This document shows positions 8,000-17,630 of a stretch of 46,045 bases of DNA, in pieces. Position 1 is the first letter of the stretch; every line of letters starts with the position of its first letter. The translations under genes and the position numbers were made by a program. The stretch is taken from positions 1-46,045 of IMG/VR virus record IMGVR_UViG_3300025838_000059. The stretch is one strand, 5' to 3'. The notes under the pieces were generated by a model. It did not search any database, was not told where the DNA came from, and saw nothing but the letters and a program-made list of their open reading frames with translations. The stretch is from a virus. Its lineage: Duplodnaviria; Caudoviricetes.

Positions 8000-9357
8000 C
8001 CGCACAAAATGCCCCACAGGCAAAGGTTGTTGAATGGCCGGAAAAGCTCCAATGCTTGTTCTGGCCAAAGGTCAATGATCTGCCTGTGAGGTATCGGGTG
8101 CTTTATGGCGGGCGAGGTGGAGCAAAAAGCTGGGGAATTGCACGGGCGTTGGTGATTTTGGCGGCAAAGCGGGAATTGCGAATTTTATGCGCCCGTGAAT
8201 TGCAGAATTCAATACGAGACTCGGTGCATAAAGTGTTGAGTGACCAGATTGACCTTTTAGGTTTGTCAGGATTTTACCAAATCGAGCAGGCGAGGATTTT
8301 TTGTCCATCGACAGGGAGCGAGATCTCTTTTGAAGGGATACGCAACAATGTCACCAAGATTAAGTCATATGAAGGTGTGGACATATGCTGGGTTGAGGAG
8401 GCGAACAAGGTCACGAAAAACTCGTGGGAAGTTCTCATTCCGACGATCCGTAAAGAGGGCTCTGAAATCTGGGCTTCGTTCAATCCAGAACTTGAAACTG
8501 ATGATACTTATCAGCGGTTTATTTTGTCTCCTCCTAAAAATGCGATAGTTCAAAAGATTTCGTGGAGAGATAACCCGTGGTTTCCGGGGGTCCTTAAACA
8601 GGAAATGCTCGATCTCAAGGCCAAGGACCGCGATGCGTATCTGCATGTCTGGGAGGGGGAATGCAGAAAGACTTTGGAAGGGGCGGTTTATGCCGAAGAA
8701 CTTCGAGATTGTGCGGAAGAAGGCCGGATCACGCATGTTCCACATCATGCTTCTTCTGCTGTCAATTTGTATTGGGACTTGGGTAGGAGTGACCATACAG
8801 CTATCATTTTTGAACAATATGTAGGAATGCAAAGACGGGTCGTGGATTATTACCAAAACCGTCTGAAAGGCCTTGACCATTACATTCATGTGCTGCGCAC
8901 ACGCCGGTCGGGCACAGGAGAACTTTATGAATACGGGACGTGTTGGTTGCCCCACGATGCAAGAGCTAAAACGCTCGGATCAAAAAAGTCCATCGAAGAA
9001 CAAATGCGAGACGCAGGATTTAGGGTCAGAATTGTCCCGCGTCTTTCTAAATTCGACGGCATTGTCGCTGCAAGGAGCATATTCCCCACTTGCTGGTTTG
9101 ATGCCGCAAGATGTGAAAAAGAACTTCTTCATGCTCTTCGCCATTATCACTATGAAGAAAACCCTGTGACGGAGGTTTTGTCGTCAGAACCTGTGCATGA
9201 CTGGTCATCACACGCAGCTGACGCTTTTCGGTATATGGCGATTGCCTCGCAAGGGGGCGAGACAACGAAACATCGGCATGTTACAAGTGCCTTGAAGAAA
9301 CACGGTCTGATGGGCAAAGTGCAGCAATTTGGCGAAAGCCTTGGATGGTTGGGATAA
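7990..9357 (+). CDS. terL: Terminase large subunit (PBSX/Terminase_3-like)
   Basis: Walker A YGGRGGAKS, Walker B CWVEEA, ASFNP coupling motif, nuclease WDLG and HAADAFRY. Confidence 0.95.
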   Translation: MDLTAQNAPQAKVVEWPEKLQCLFWPKVNDLPVRYRVLYGGRGGAKSWGIARALVILAAKRELRILCARELQNSIRDSVHKVLSDQIDLLGLSGFYQIEQARIFCPSTGSEISFEGIRNNVTKIKSYEGVDICWVEEANKVTKNSWEVLIPTIRKEGSEIWASFNPELETDDTYQRFILSPPKNAIVQKISWRDNPWFPGVLKQEMLDLKAKDRDAYLHVWEGECRKTLEGAVYAEELRDCAEEGRITHVPHHASSAVNLYWDLGRSDHTAIIFEQYVGMQRRVVDYYQNRLKGLDHYIHVLRTRRSGTGELYEYGTCWLPHDARAKTLGSKKSIEEQMRDAGFRVRIVPRLSKFDGIVAARSIFPTCWFDAARCEKELLHALRHYHYEENPVTEVLSSEPVHDWSSHAADAFRYMAIASQGGETTKHRHVTSALKKHGLMGKVQQFGESLGWLG

Positions 9358-9360
9358 AAC

Positions 9361-11592
9361 ATGTCAAATCCTACAAACGAAAACATCGAGAAGTTTCAGA
9401 AAATCTTCAAAAGAGCGCAAGATCGTTTTCGGCGTTGTGAGGATTGGGAGAGCTATGCAAGGCGCATGTTTTTGGATGATTTGAAGTTTGCTAATGCTGA
9501 CGCAGACAACAAATACCAATGGCCGACAAGGATGTGGAACGACAGGCAAAGGGACGAGCGCCCCGCGCTTACGATTAATAAGACCCGTCAGCATAACTTG
9601 AACATTATTAATGATGCCAAGATGAATAAGCCGGGGATTAAGTATCGAGCTGCGGGAAATGGTGCGACCGCAGAGGCTGCAAGAATTTGGGACGGAATTG
9701 CACGGCATATTGAGTATCAGTCAAACGCCCCGGCCCATTATGATGTTGCGACCACTTTTCAAGTCACTGCGGGGCTTGGATTTTTGCGTGTGATTACAGA
9801 CTATGTGTCTGAAGATAGTTTCGACCAAGACATTTACATCACGTCAATTCCAGATCCGATGACGGTCTACATCGACCCGGATGCAAGGGCTCCGGCAAAA
9901 GAAGACATGAGATTTGCTTTCATTTTCGAGGACATGCCGAAAGACGTTTTTGAGAAGAAATATCCGCAGTATGTGAAGTATATGGGGACGGAAGGTCTTG
10001 TTGGTGATCGTGGCTGGCGAGATGATGACCATGTGAGGGTCGCGGAATATTTTGAAGCTGAAGATGTTGAAGATGAATTGCTGATGTTTGACGGCCCGGA
10101 CGGACAACCGGCTACAATTCTTGCGTCAGATTTGCGCAAGGTCGATCCAAAAAGCGCAGTTTTTATTGACCCAATGACAAGAAAGCGCAGCGTTCAAAAG
10201 CGAGTTATCCATTACCACTTTATCATCGGGACTCATATTGTTGAGTCTGAGGAAAAAGAGTGGATTGGAAAGACCATCCCGATCATTCCAGTGGTTGGGG
10301 AAGAAATCATTATTGAAGGAAGAATGGATCGTAAAGGCCACACACGGGCCATGAAAGATCCGCAGAGGATGTATAACTACTGGGCTTCGAGTGCAGTTGA
10401 GTATGGTGCCTTGCAGTCAAAGACTCCTTGGATTGTGGGTGTTGAAACGGTCGAGGGCTTTGAAGAATACTGGGCGACCGCAAACCGTCAGAACCACGCT
10501 TATTTGCCGTATAAATCTGTTGGTGATGATGGCAAACCTTTGCCTCCTCCCGCAAGAGTTGAGCCCCCCGTTCCTTCGCCTGTTGCCTTGAAGGGAATGG
10601 AAGTCGCTGCAATGGAAATGCAGATGGTTTCCGGGCAATACGAAAATCAGATGGGGCAACAAGGGAATGAACGAACTGGAAAGGCGATTGCTGAACGTCA
10701 GCGTCAAGGTGATCGTGCTACTTACCATTTCATTGATAACCTTGCGATTGCGATCCGGCAGGTGGGCAAGATCATTCTGGATCTGGTGCCGAAACTTTAC
10801 GACACAAACAGGATCGTGATGATCTTGGCTGAGAATGGTGAAAGTTTAGAGGTCAAGCTCGATCCACAACTCAAACAGGCTCACATGCTTGAGTTGAATG
10901 AAAATAATGAGGTCATTACAAGACTTTTGAACCCTGCTATCGGGCAGTATGAAGTGCAGGCAGATGTCGGGCCGGGATATGCGACACGCCGTGAGGAGGC
11001 GTTTAACGCACTTACCCTCATCCTCACGCAGTCCCCAGCGCTCACCAATATCATCGGTGACATCATGTTTAGAGCTGGCGACTTCCCGATGGCAGAGGAA
11101 GCAGCCGAGAGACTGAAGCGCATGGTCCCGCCGCAGGCGCTTGGTCAGGGTCCGACGCAAAACGAGCAAATGCTTGGAATGCAAGTGCAGCAATTGCAGG
11201 ATGCGCTCAAGGCTACGATGGACGAGTTGGCGAAGGAAAAAGGCAAGACGCAAGCACGTCTCGAAAAGCGCGAAGTCGATGTCTACGACGCGATCACAAA
11301 ACGTATCGATGTGGTTGGCAAGCAAGGGCTTTCTGCGCTACAATTGGCAAAATTGCAAGACGATGTTGTTCGGGAAAGCGAAGACGTTCCGATCAGCGAT
11401 ACATACGAAGGTCACAAGGAGCAAGGGTCAACTCCGGGGGCGGAATATGCCTCAGAGCGCGATCAACAAATGCCTGCTCCCCTTGAGGATCATGAAATGC
11501 CGGAAGGGGCTTTTAGAGGCCCAGATGGTCACGTTTACGGCCCGCACCCGGAAATGCCGGGGACGATAGCACGGATTACACGGAGAGGTTAA
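9361..11592 (+). CDS. Portal protein (P22 gp1-like)
   Basis: 743 aa after TerL; RPALTINK, KDPQRMYNYW, GPGYATRREEA motifs. Confidence 0.9.
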   Translation: MSNPTNENIEKFQKIFKRAQDRFRRCEDWESYARRMFLDDLKFANADADNKYQWPTRMWNDRQRDERPALTINKTRQHNLNIINDAKMNKPGIKYRAAGNGATAEAARIWDGIARHIEYQSNAPAHYDVATTFQVTAGLGFLRVITDYVSEDSFDQDIYITSIPDPMTVYIDPDARAPAKEDMRFAFIFEDMPKDVFEKKYPQYVKYMGTEGLVGDRGWRDDDHVRVAEYFEAEDVEDELLMFDGPDGQPATILASDLRKVDPKSAVFIDPMTRKRSVQKRVIHYHFIIGTHIVESEEKEWIGKTIPIIPVVGEEIIIEGRMDRKGHTRAMKDPQRMYNYWASSAVEYGALQSKTPWIVGVETVEGFEEYWATANRQNHAYLPYKSVGDDGKPLPPPARVEPPVPSPVALKGMEVAAMEMQMVSGQYENQMGQQGNERTGKAIAERQRQGDRATYHFIDNLAIAIRQVGKIILDLVPKLYDTNRIVMILAENGESLEVKLDPQLKQAHMLELNENNEVITRLLNPAIGQYEVQADVGPGYATRREEAFNALTLILTQSPALTNIIGDIMFRAGDFPMAEEAAERLKRMVPPQALGQGPTQNEQMLGMQVQQLQDALKATMDELAKEKGKTQARLEKREVDVYDAITKRIDVVGKQGLSALQLAKLQDDVVRESEDVPISDTYEGHKEQGSTPGAEYASERDQQMPAPLEDHEMPEGAFRGPDGHVYGPHPEMPGTIARITRRG

Positions 11593-13020
11593 ATGGCACC
11601 GAAGCGCACACAACAGGAAGAAGCGGTAGCTGCGGGTGAACGCAATGTGGTGCCGGGGCAGTCATGGCTTGCGGCTCTTATCCGTGGTATTGGTAGAGAG
11701 ATGGTTGAGAACTCGATGGGCGGTGCGCCTTTCGGGCAGGCTACGCGAGAGGAATTAGGTTCCCTCGGTTACGAACAGATGCTGCGTGAGCAATATCCCG
11801 AAGAATTTGCGAGAGGAAGACTTTATGGCTCCGAAGCGTTTCCGACAGATGTGGCGTCGTTCTATGCAGCGCGTCCCGGTCGTTCAGCATTTACACAAAT
11901 TGCAGGACGTGAAGCCGGAGCAGCTGGTGGTCCTCGCGCTATCGGTGGCGCTGGCGCTCCTGCATTAAGTTACGAGCCAGTCGCAGCGGCCCCAAGAGGC
12001 TCGTTTGATGCGAATATGATGGAGGCCTATCGGCGCGGGGCGGCAGGCTCAAGGGCTCCGGGCAGACCACAAGCGTTTAGACCAGAGGATTTCTTGGCCA
12101 TTGAACAAGGTCCTTTGCCTACAAGCAGAAATGCGTTTGAGGCAAATGCTGTGATGGCGCAGCGTCGTGGGATGCCAAGTCCTGCACCTGCGGCTTATGA
12201 TTATGAAGGTCCTGCAGGTCCGGGCCCTTTCATTGATCGACCTCGTTCTCGCTTTGATGAAAATACAATGGCTGCTTATTACAGGAACCAAGGTAAGGGT
12301 GAATACGGCCCTTACGTTCCTGGCAGACGAACAGGTCCGGGGGCGGTAGAACTCGATTACACCCCAGAAGAAATGGGGCAGGGTGTTGCACTTCGTCAAG
12401 GCTCAATGCCAATGGCACAGCAAGGCGGTGTTCCTGCCGTTCGTGGGGGCCTGCCGACATTTGCGCGTGGCGAATATCAAGCACCAAATGGAGCGTATGG
12501 TGAGTTTCGTGATGTGACCGGGAATGTCCTTTCCGGCCCGCAACAAGGAACCGCGATGATCCCTTATGGGGAGGCTGCAAATGCGCTACGTTCCGGCGGA
12601 ATTCCTTTTGGTAAAATTGCGGCAGGTGCTGCAGGTGTGGGTCTGCCCTTTATGGCAGCTTATTACGGACGCGATGGTGGCGCTCCTGCTGTTCGGGATG
12701 TTGGCGGTGCTATGGCTACACCAACGGCAAGAGGAGCGCAACAACTTCCGCCGATAGATGTTTACGGTCGCCCGCAACAACGTCCTGTAGGATCAGAGAT
12801 GGCTGAGCCAATGGGCGGGGCAGCGGGACAAAAGGCTAAAGGTGGTAAGGGTGGTAAGACCGCGCCTATGCCAACCAAACGTCCTGCAGAGGTTGCTCCG
12901 GCAGATGAATGGGAAGGCAACTTAAACTACAAAATCACTCAAATGTTCGACAAATTGTTTGGGCAGGACGAAGCAGAACGCGGTCGCAAAACCCAGCAAT
13001 ACTACGAACAAAATAGATGA
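11593..13020 (+). CDS. Hypothetical low-complexity Gly/Ala/Pro/Arg-rich protein, possibly internal virion protein
   Basis: GAGG RBS; 475-aa ORF; three internal RxxF(D/E)xN repeats. Confidence 0.6.
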   Translation: MAPKRTQQEEAVAAGERNVVPGQSWLAALIRGIGREMVENSMGGAPFGQATREELGSLGYEQMLREQYPEEFARGRLYGSEAFPTDVASFYAARPGRSAFTQIAGREAGAAGGPRAIGGAGAPALSYEPVAAAPRGSFDANMMEAYRRGAAGSRAPGRPQAFRPEDFLAIEQGPLPTSRNAFEANAVMAQRRGMPSPAPAAYDYEGPAGPGPFIDRPRSRFDENTMAAYYRNQGKGEYGPYVPGRRTGPGAVELDYTPEEMGQGVALRQGSMPMAQQGGVPAVRGGLPTFARGEYQAPNGAYGEFRDVTGNVLSGPQQGTAMIPYGEAANALRSGGIPFGKIAAGAAGVGLPFMAAYYGRDGGAPAVRDVGGAMATPTARGAQQLPPIDVYGRPQQRPVGSEMAEPMGGAAGQKAKGGKGGKTAPMPTKRPAEVAPADEWEGNLNYKITQMFDKLFGQDEAERGRKTQQYYEQNR

Positions 13021-13030
13021 TGAGGGTGAG

Positions 13031-13660
13031 ATGGCGGGGGAGATTAAATACAACTACGAGCCAATCGATAGAAACGCGATAGCGGAATATCTGTCGGATG
13101 AGTTCTACAATCCTCCACCTCAAGGGGGCATTCCGCTGCCCCCAAGACGGCCTGTCGAATATTTTTCGTTTGAGGGAATGCCTTACACGTTTACCCCAGA
13201 AGAACAGCGGCAGGTGAATGAGGGTTATCAACGGCAGACTCTACGTGAACGTGCGTCGAACCTTTATCCGTCAGCAATGCGGGCGCAAATTGGCTCGTAT
13301 TTTGGAAATGAAAACCAGATCACTCAACATAATTTCTCCCCGTCTGAATTGAATGCCTTGCGGGAAGATTATTTACAAAAAAGAGCCGATTATATCGGAG
13401 GGTTTTCGACTAATCCATTGACAGGCTTCCAGAATGAGCGCATTCCTGACGTAAGCCGGTTTGTTCCTTACGAGCAATTTTCACAAGAAACAACAATGCC
13501 GAACATGCAAGGTTGGGGTAGCATGTTTGCCGGGACGAAGCCGTTTTCGCAAGGAGCTTATTACGAACAATCACCAGAGGGAACTCGTTTACGGAATTAC
13601 TATGTTACCCCGTATAGCGAGCGTGATGTGAATGTGTTGTTACCATTGGAGCCAAGATGA
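13031..13660 (+). CDS. Hypothetical protein
   Basis: GAGGGTGAG before ATG at 13031; ATGA coupling to the next gene. Confidence 0.6.
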   Translation: MAGEIKYNYEPIDRNAIAEYLSDEFYNPPPQGGIPLPPRRPVEYFSFEGMPYTFTPEEQRQVNEGYQRQTLRERASNLYPSAMRAQIGSYFGNENQITQHNFSPSELNALREDYLQKRADYIGGFSTNPLTGFQNERIPDVSRFVPYEQFSQETTMPNMQGWGSMFAGTKPFSQGAYYEQSPEGTRLRNYYVTPYSERDVNVLLPLEPR

Positions 13661-13986
13661 GAGAGCCGTTAGTTAAACTCCCCGGTAAAGGGGCACATGC
13701 GCATAAGATGGTCGCGGAAACCGCGAAGAAGATGGCAGAGGAGGTCTACGAAAGCTGGGCCTCAAGAAGCAACGAATTTTATGCAGAACACCGCGATCTT
13801 AAAACTTATGTTTCGTCTTGCTGGCCGCTTTATCTGGACGCAGCAAGAGCTACACTTGCACAATTACTTACAACAAATATGGATGATGTGTTAAAAGATG
13901 AGATCCATGATGCTTTAGTCAAGGATGCGACGTTACGTCGAGGGCGTGAGGGCGTCTTACAAATGAAGAAAGGTAAAGGAGCCTAA
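13657..13986 (+). CDS. Hypothetical helical protein preceding the scaffold
   Basis: GGAG RBS, coupled ORF. Confidence 0.65.
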   Translation: MREPLVKLPGKGAHAHKMVAETAKKMAEEVYESWASRSNEFYAEHRDLKTYVSSCWPLYLDAARATLAQLLTTNMDDVLKDEIHDALVKDATLRRGREGVLQMKKGKGA

Positions 13987-13987
13987 C

Positions 13988-14743
13988 ATGAAAACATTTT
14001 ACAACACCATAAACCGTCAGGCCGAGGGCGAGGCGGGGGCTGCTCCTGTCGAAGCGCCAGTAGCTGCACCAGTTGTAGAGGCTGCAGTTGAGGCCCCGCA
14101 AGAAGCACCGCCAGAGGCACCTGTCACACTCGAGACTGAAAACAAACCGCCGCAGGGCCTTTTAGATCGCATTGGCCAGTTGACCCGCCAAAAGCGCGAA
14201 CTTGAAGAGCGCCTCCAAGCCATGGAAGCCCCGCAGCAGCAGTATTATGATGCCCCACAGTCTGCTGGTGGTGTTGACCCCCGCCAAGTCCAGATGGAAA
14301 TTTACCGTCAGGCGCAAGAACTGGCAAAACAAAACGAGTGGAAATCCACGACTGATAAAATCTGGAATGAAGGGCTGGCTAAATATGGCGATTGGGCTCC
14401 GCAGCTTAACAACATGGCTCAGATCCTTGGTGGAATTCCGACTTCGCTCACGGAAGCAGCGATTGAAACTGGAAACCCACACGAAGTCCTCTACCATCTG
14501 GCTAAAAATCCTGACGAAGCTGCCCGAATTGCACTCTTGCCAACCGCCAGACAGGCTGTGGCAGTTGCTAAACTCGCATCAGCAGTCACCGCACCGAAAA
14601 GAGTGACATCCGCTCCGCCCCCGATTTCTCCGAAGGTTCAAGGGATTGGAAGTGCCCTGGCAACACTTGACGACCCGAACATTTCAATGGAAGAATGGGC
14701 AAGACTTCGCAATGAGCAAGCTATGGCTCGTCGCAAAAGGTAG
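13988..14743 (+). CDS. Scaffolding protein
   Basis: Immediately upstream of coat; acidic Pro/Ala N-terminus, coiled coil, C-terminal SMEEWARLR helix. Confidence 0.8.
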   Translation: MKTFYNTINRQAEGEAGAAPVEAPVAAPVVEAAVEAPQEAPPEAPVTLETENKPPQGLLDRIGQLTRQKRELEERLQAMEAPQQQYYDAPQSAGGVDPRQVQMEIYRQAQELAKQNEWKSTTDKIWNEGLAKYGDWAPQLNNMAQILGGIPTSLTEAAIETGNPHEVLYHLAKNPDEAARIALLPTARQAVAVAKLASAVTAPKRVTSAPPPISPKVQGIGSALATLDDPNISMEEWARLRNEQAMARRKR

Positions 14744-14745
14744 GC

Positions 14746-14896
14746 GAGGACACCTTAAACGTCCTCCCCTTGCTGATCGCAGGGTAAGCGATCTGGGTTG
14801 CCTGTCAAGAGACGGTCGCAGGCTCCGTCAGATGAACAAAGGACTCCCTTTGTATTTTGACAATACCACTGCGCCGTGAGCGCGTAACCCAGAGGA
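14746..14896 (+). promoter_or_regulatory. Structured 5' leader of the coat gene
   Basis: Several hairpins plus long-range pairing 14792-14801/14884-14893 reaching the RBS. Confidence 0.5.
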
Positions 14897-14903
14897 CTTA
14901 GAG

Positions 14904-16118
14904 ATGTCAAATACAATTTTAACAATTAACATGATTACCCGTGAGGCCGTGCGCCTCTGGGTAAACACCAACTCCTTCCTGCAGCACATCGATACGCAGT
15001 ATGATGACCAGTTTGCTGTGACCGGCGCGAAAATCGGTCAGAGCCTCCGCATCCGTCTGCCTAACGATTACACGGTTAGAAATGGCCCTGTAGCGCAGAT
15101 CCAAGATACGGCGGAAACCAGCACCACGCTGACCCTCGCCACCCAAAAAGGCGTTGACGTTTCGTTTAACAGCGTTGAACGCACGATGTCTTTGGACGAC
15201 TATTCCAAACGCATCCTTGCGCCAGCTGTAAACAACCTCGTCGGCGCTGTCGCTGCAGACGTGATGTCAGGTGTTGAAGGCGGCGTTTCCAACCTTGTTG
15301 GTAACTTTGACGCTGCTGGTAACTTGCTCCGTCCGACGCTTGAGACGTTCTTGAATGCAAAAGCACTCTTGAGCTTACGCTCTGCGCCTACGGACTCCCG
15401 CAAGTTCATCCTCGATCCTGTCACGATGGCTCGCACGGTCCAGAACCTTTCTGGCCTGTTGAACCCAGCCACGGAAATCTCTGAGCAGTATCGCAAGGGT
15501 GAAGTTTATAACGCGATTGGCTTCGACTGGTTCGAAGACCAGACGGTTATCAAACACACGACCGGCGCATACACGGGCACGATGACGGTTTCTGGTGCAA
15601 ACCAGACCGGCACGACCATCACCACAAACGCTCTTGGTGGCCCGCTTGCACAAGGCGACATCATCACGTTTGCTGGCGTGAGCGCCGTCAACCGCATCAC
15701 CAAAGTATCAGTTGGTTCGTTGCAGCAGTTCGTTGTAACGGCAGCAGCTGCTGCGGGCGCGACAAGCATCTCCATCTATCCTGCGATTGTTCCACCATCT
15801 GGCGGTTCAACGGTTCAGTATCAGACGGTTACGGCTTCTCCTGCTAACGGTGCAGCGATTGTGACCCTGACGTTGGCAAGCAGCGTTTATCGCAAGAACC
15901 TTGCATTCATTCCAGATGCAGTCACGATGGCGACGGCGGATTTGGAATTGCCAAAGAACATGCAGGAAACGGCAAGAGAGCGTATGGACGGCGTTTCGAT
16001 GCGTATGGTGACAGGTTTTGACATTAAGTCGGACCAGTTCATCACACGTCTTGATGTGTTGTATGGTTATGTCTGGGTTCGTCCTGAGTGGGCGGTTGTT
16101 GTCGCAGACATCATCTAA
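14904..16118 (+). CDS. Major capsid protein (P22 gp5 coat family)
   Basis: MSNTILTINMITREA, KIGQSLRIRLP, RLDVLYG motifs. Confidence 0.92.
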   Translation: MSNTILTINMITREAVRLWVNTNSFLQHIDTQYDDQFAVTGAKIGQSLRIRLPNDYTVRNGPVAQIQDTAETSTTLTLATQKGVDVSFNSVERTMSLDDYSKRILAPAVNNLVGAVAADVMSGVEGGVSNLVGNFDAAGNLLRPTLETFLNAKALLSLRSAPTDSRKFILDPVTMARTVQNLSGLLNPATEISEQYRKGEVYNAIGFDWFEDQTVIKHTTGAYTGTMTVSGANQTGTTITTNALGGPLAQGDIITFAGVSAVNRITKVSVGSLQQFVVTAAAAAGATSISIYPAIVPPSGGSTVQYQTVTASPANGAAIVTLTLASSVYRKNLAFIPDAVTMATADLELPKNMQETARERMDGVSMRMVTGFDIKSDQFITRLDVLYGYVWVRPEWAVVVADII

Positions 16119-16127
16119 TCACTAAAA

Positions 16128-16153
16128 GGAGAGGGCAAAGTGCCCTCTCCCTT
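16128..16153 (+). terminator. Stem-loop after coat gene (weak intrinsic terminator)
   Basis: GGAGAGGGCA-AAG-TGCCCTCTCC perfect 10-bp stem; short CTT tail. Confidence 0.65.
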
Positions 16154-16173
16154 CACTCGTAAGGAGCAAGTAA

Positions 16174-16518
16174 ATGGCTAAAGTTAAACCTTATCTCGGT
16201 GTGTATGAGAGTATGGAATTTCCAGAATATAAATTTCAAGAATATCCGAAGGTTGTCGGATATAAAGATGAGGGTAAAACTGATCCGATCTTGGTCGGAG
16301 ATGCGAAAGAAGAAATCGACTTCATCACCAAAGGCGGTCCGGGGGCCTTTAAGACCCGTGAAGATGAATTACAGGCTGAGTTGGAACGCAAGGCTGTAGA
16401 ATTAGAACTTGCGAAAACTCAGCTTGCAGAGTTGAAGGCACAGAAGGAACTTGTTGAGTCTGCAAAGCCTAAACCTTCATCAAATACTCCTGTGTCTTCT
16501 TTGAAAAAGGACGCTTAA
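16174..16518 (+). CDS. Hypothetical protein following coat
   Basis: AAGGAG RBS; FQEYPK motif, C-terminal coiled coil. Confidence 0.7.
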   Translation: MAKVKPYLGVYESMEFPEYKFQEYPKVVGYKDEGKTDPILVGDAKEEIDFITKGGPGAFKTREDELQAELERKAVELELAKTQLAELKAQKELVESAKPKPSSNTPVSSLKKDA

Positions 16519-16519
16519 C

Positions 16520-17608
16520 ATGATCGCAGGTATCAAAAACTTTTTAACTTTGCTGGTTGCATTGTTGTGGGTAAATGGTGCCTGCGCTCAAACCTATAAC
16601 CAGATGACTTGGGGATTTACCTTACCATCTGGCTCGCCTTACAATTTTGGGGCGAATATTCAAGGGAACTGGTATAATTTAGGAACTGTAAGTTCTGCGG
16701 GTGCTTGGACATTAACTCCTAGTATAATTAATGTAACAAATGCTGGTGCTTTTGATAACACACAGCAATATGATTATGTTGTTTCAAATGTCGGAAATAT
16801 AAATATAGGCCAATTCTTTTCATCATTTTGGGGCGGTTATCATGCTACTGAAGCTCTTGTAGGGGCAGTTATAGAGCCAACAACTGCTACAAATCTTCAA
16901 TCAAATGCAGTTTCTGGATATTCAGATTGTGCAAAAGATTGGACTGGAATTTCACCTAGAGGTGGCTGCGTTTCCGGGTTTTTTGTGGCTAGAGCCAGCG
17001 GAAATGGGGCAAATTTATTTGGTATAAATACTTGGAATGGTGATGCAGGGATTACAAATGTTACTGAGCAAAATGAGTTTGATTTTGACTCAAGAAATGC
17101 TTCGACTATTGTATCGGGATCAGTCGCGTTTCTTTCTGGCACTATACAACCTTCGTCAGCAGTAGCTTGGACGTGTAACGCCACGACAGGATTAAAGTGG
17201 GGCGCTTGTTTATTTTCAAGAGACGGACAAGTTTATCGTGGAGCGTATTTTGGAACTAGAGCAGTTGGTAACGGCGTAGATAGTCAAGAAATAGCGTTTA
17301 ATGGTATTGATGCTGGTGGGGTTAATCGAACAGCCCTTATTTTTGGTTCGCAATATGGAAATATAAATTTACGTTCTGGGCAAAATAATTTTCCGGTTGT
17401 TATTCAAGATTATAATAATGGAAACGGAAGTAACATTGCTTACTTTGGGGCAACTGCTTCTTTTATAAGTTCTCCATTAACCGTAAATGGGACCGCTATA
17501 TTTAATAGTGGAATAAATGTTGGAGCAGCTGTCGGTGTATCTTGTTCGGCAGGCACAGTAAATACATCAACGATGGTAATAACAAACGGGATAGTGACAC
17601 ATTGCTGA
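16520..17608 (+). CDS. AT-rich beta-rich spike/adhesin-like protein with signal peptide; paralogous to N-terminus of the giant fibre
   Basis: MIAGIKNFLTLLVALLWVNGACA|Q; blocks shared with ORF 932; Cys pairs. Confidence 0.65.
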   Translation: MIAGIKNFLTLLVALLWVNGACAQTYNQMTWGFTLPSGSPYNFGANIQGNWYNLGTVSSAGAWTLTPSIINVTNAGAFDNTQQYDYVVSNVGNINIGQFFSSFWGGYHATEALVGAVIEPTTATNLQSNAVSGYSDCAKDWTGISPRGGCVSGFFVARASGNGANLFGINTWNGDAGITNVTEQNEFDFDSRNASTIVSGSVAFLSGTIQPSSAVAWTCNATTGLKWGACLFSRDGQVYRGAYFGTRAVGNGVDSQEIAFNGIDAGGVNRTALIFGSQYGNINLRSGQNNFPVVIQDYNNGNGSNIAYFGATASFISSPLTVNGTAIFNSGINVGAAVGVSCSAGTVNTSTMVITNGIVTHC

Positions 17609-17630
17609 CACTCAACACAGGTCTTAACCC

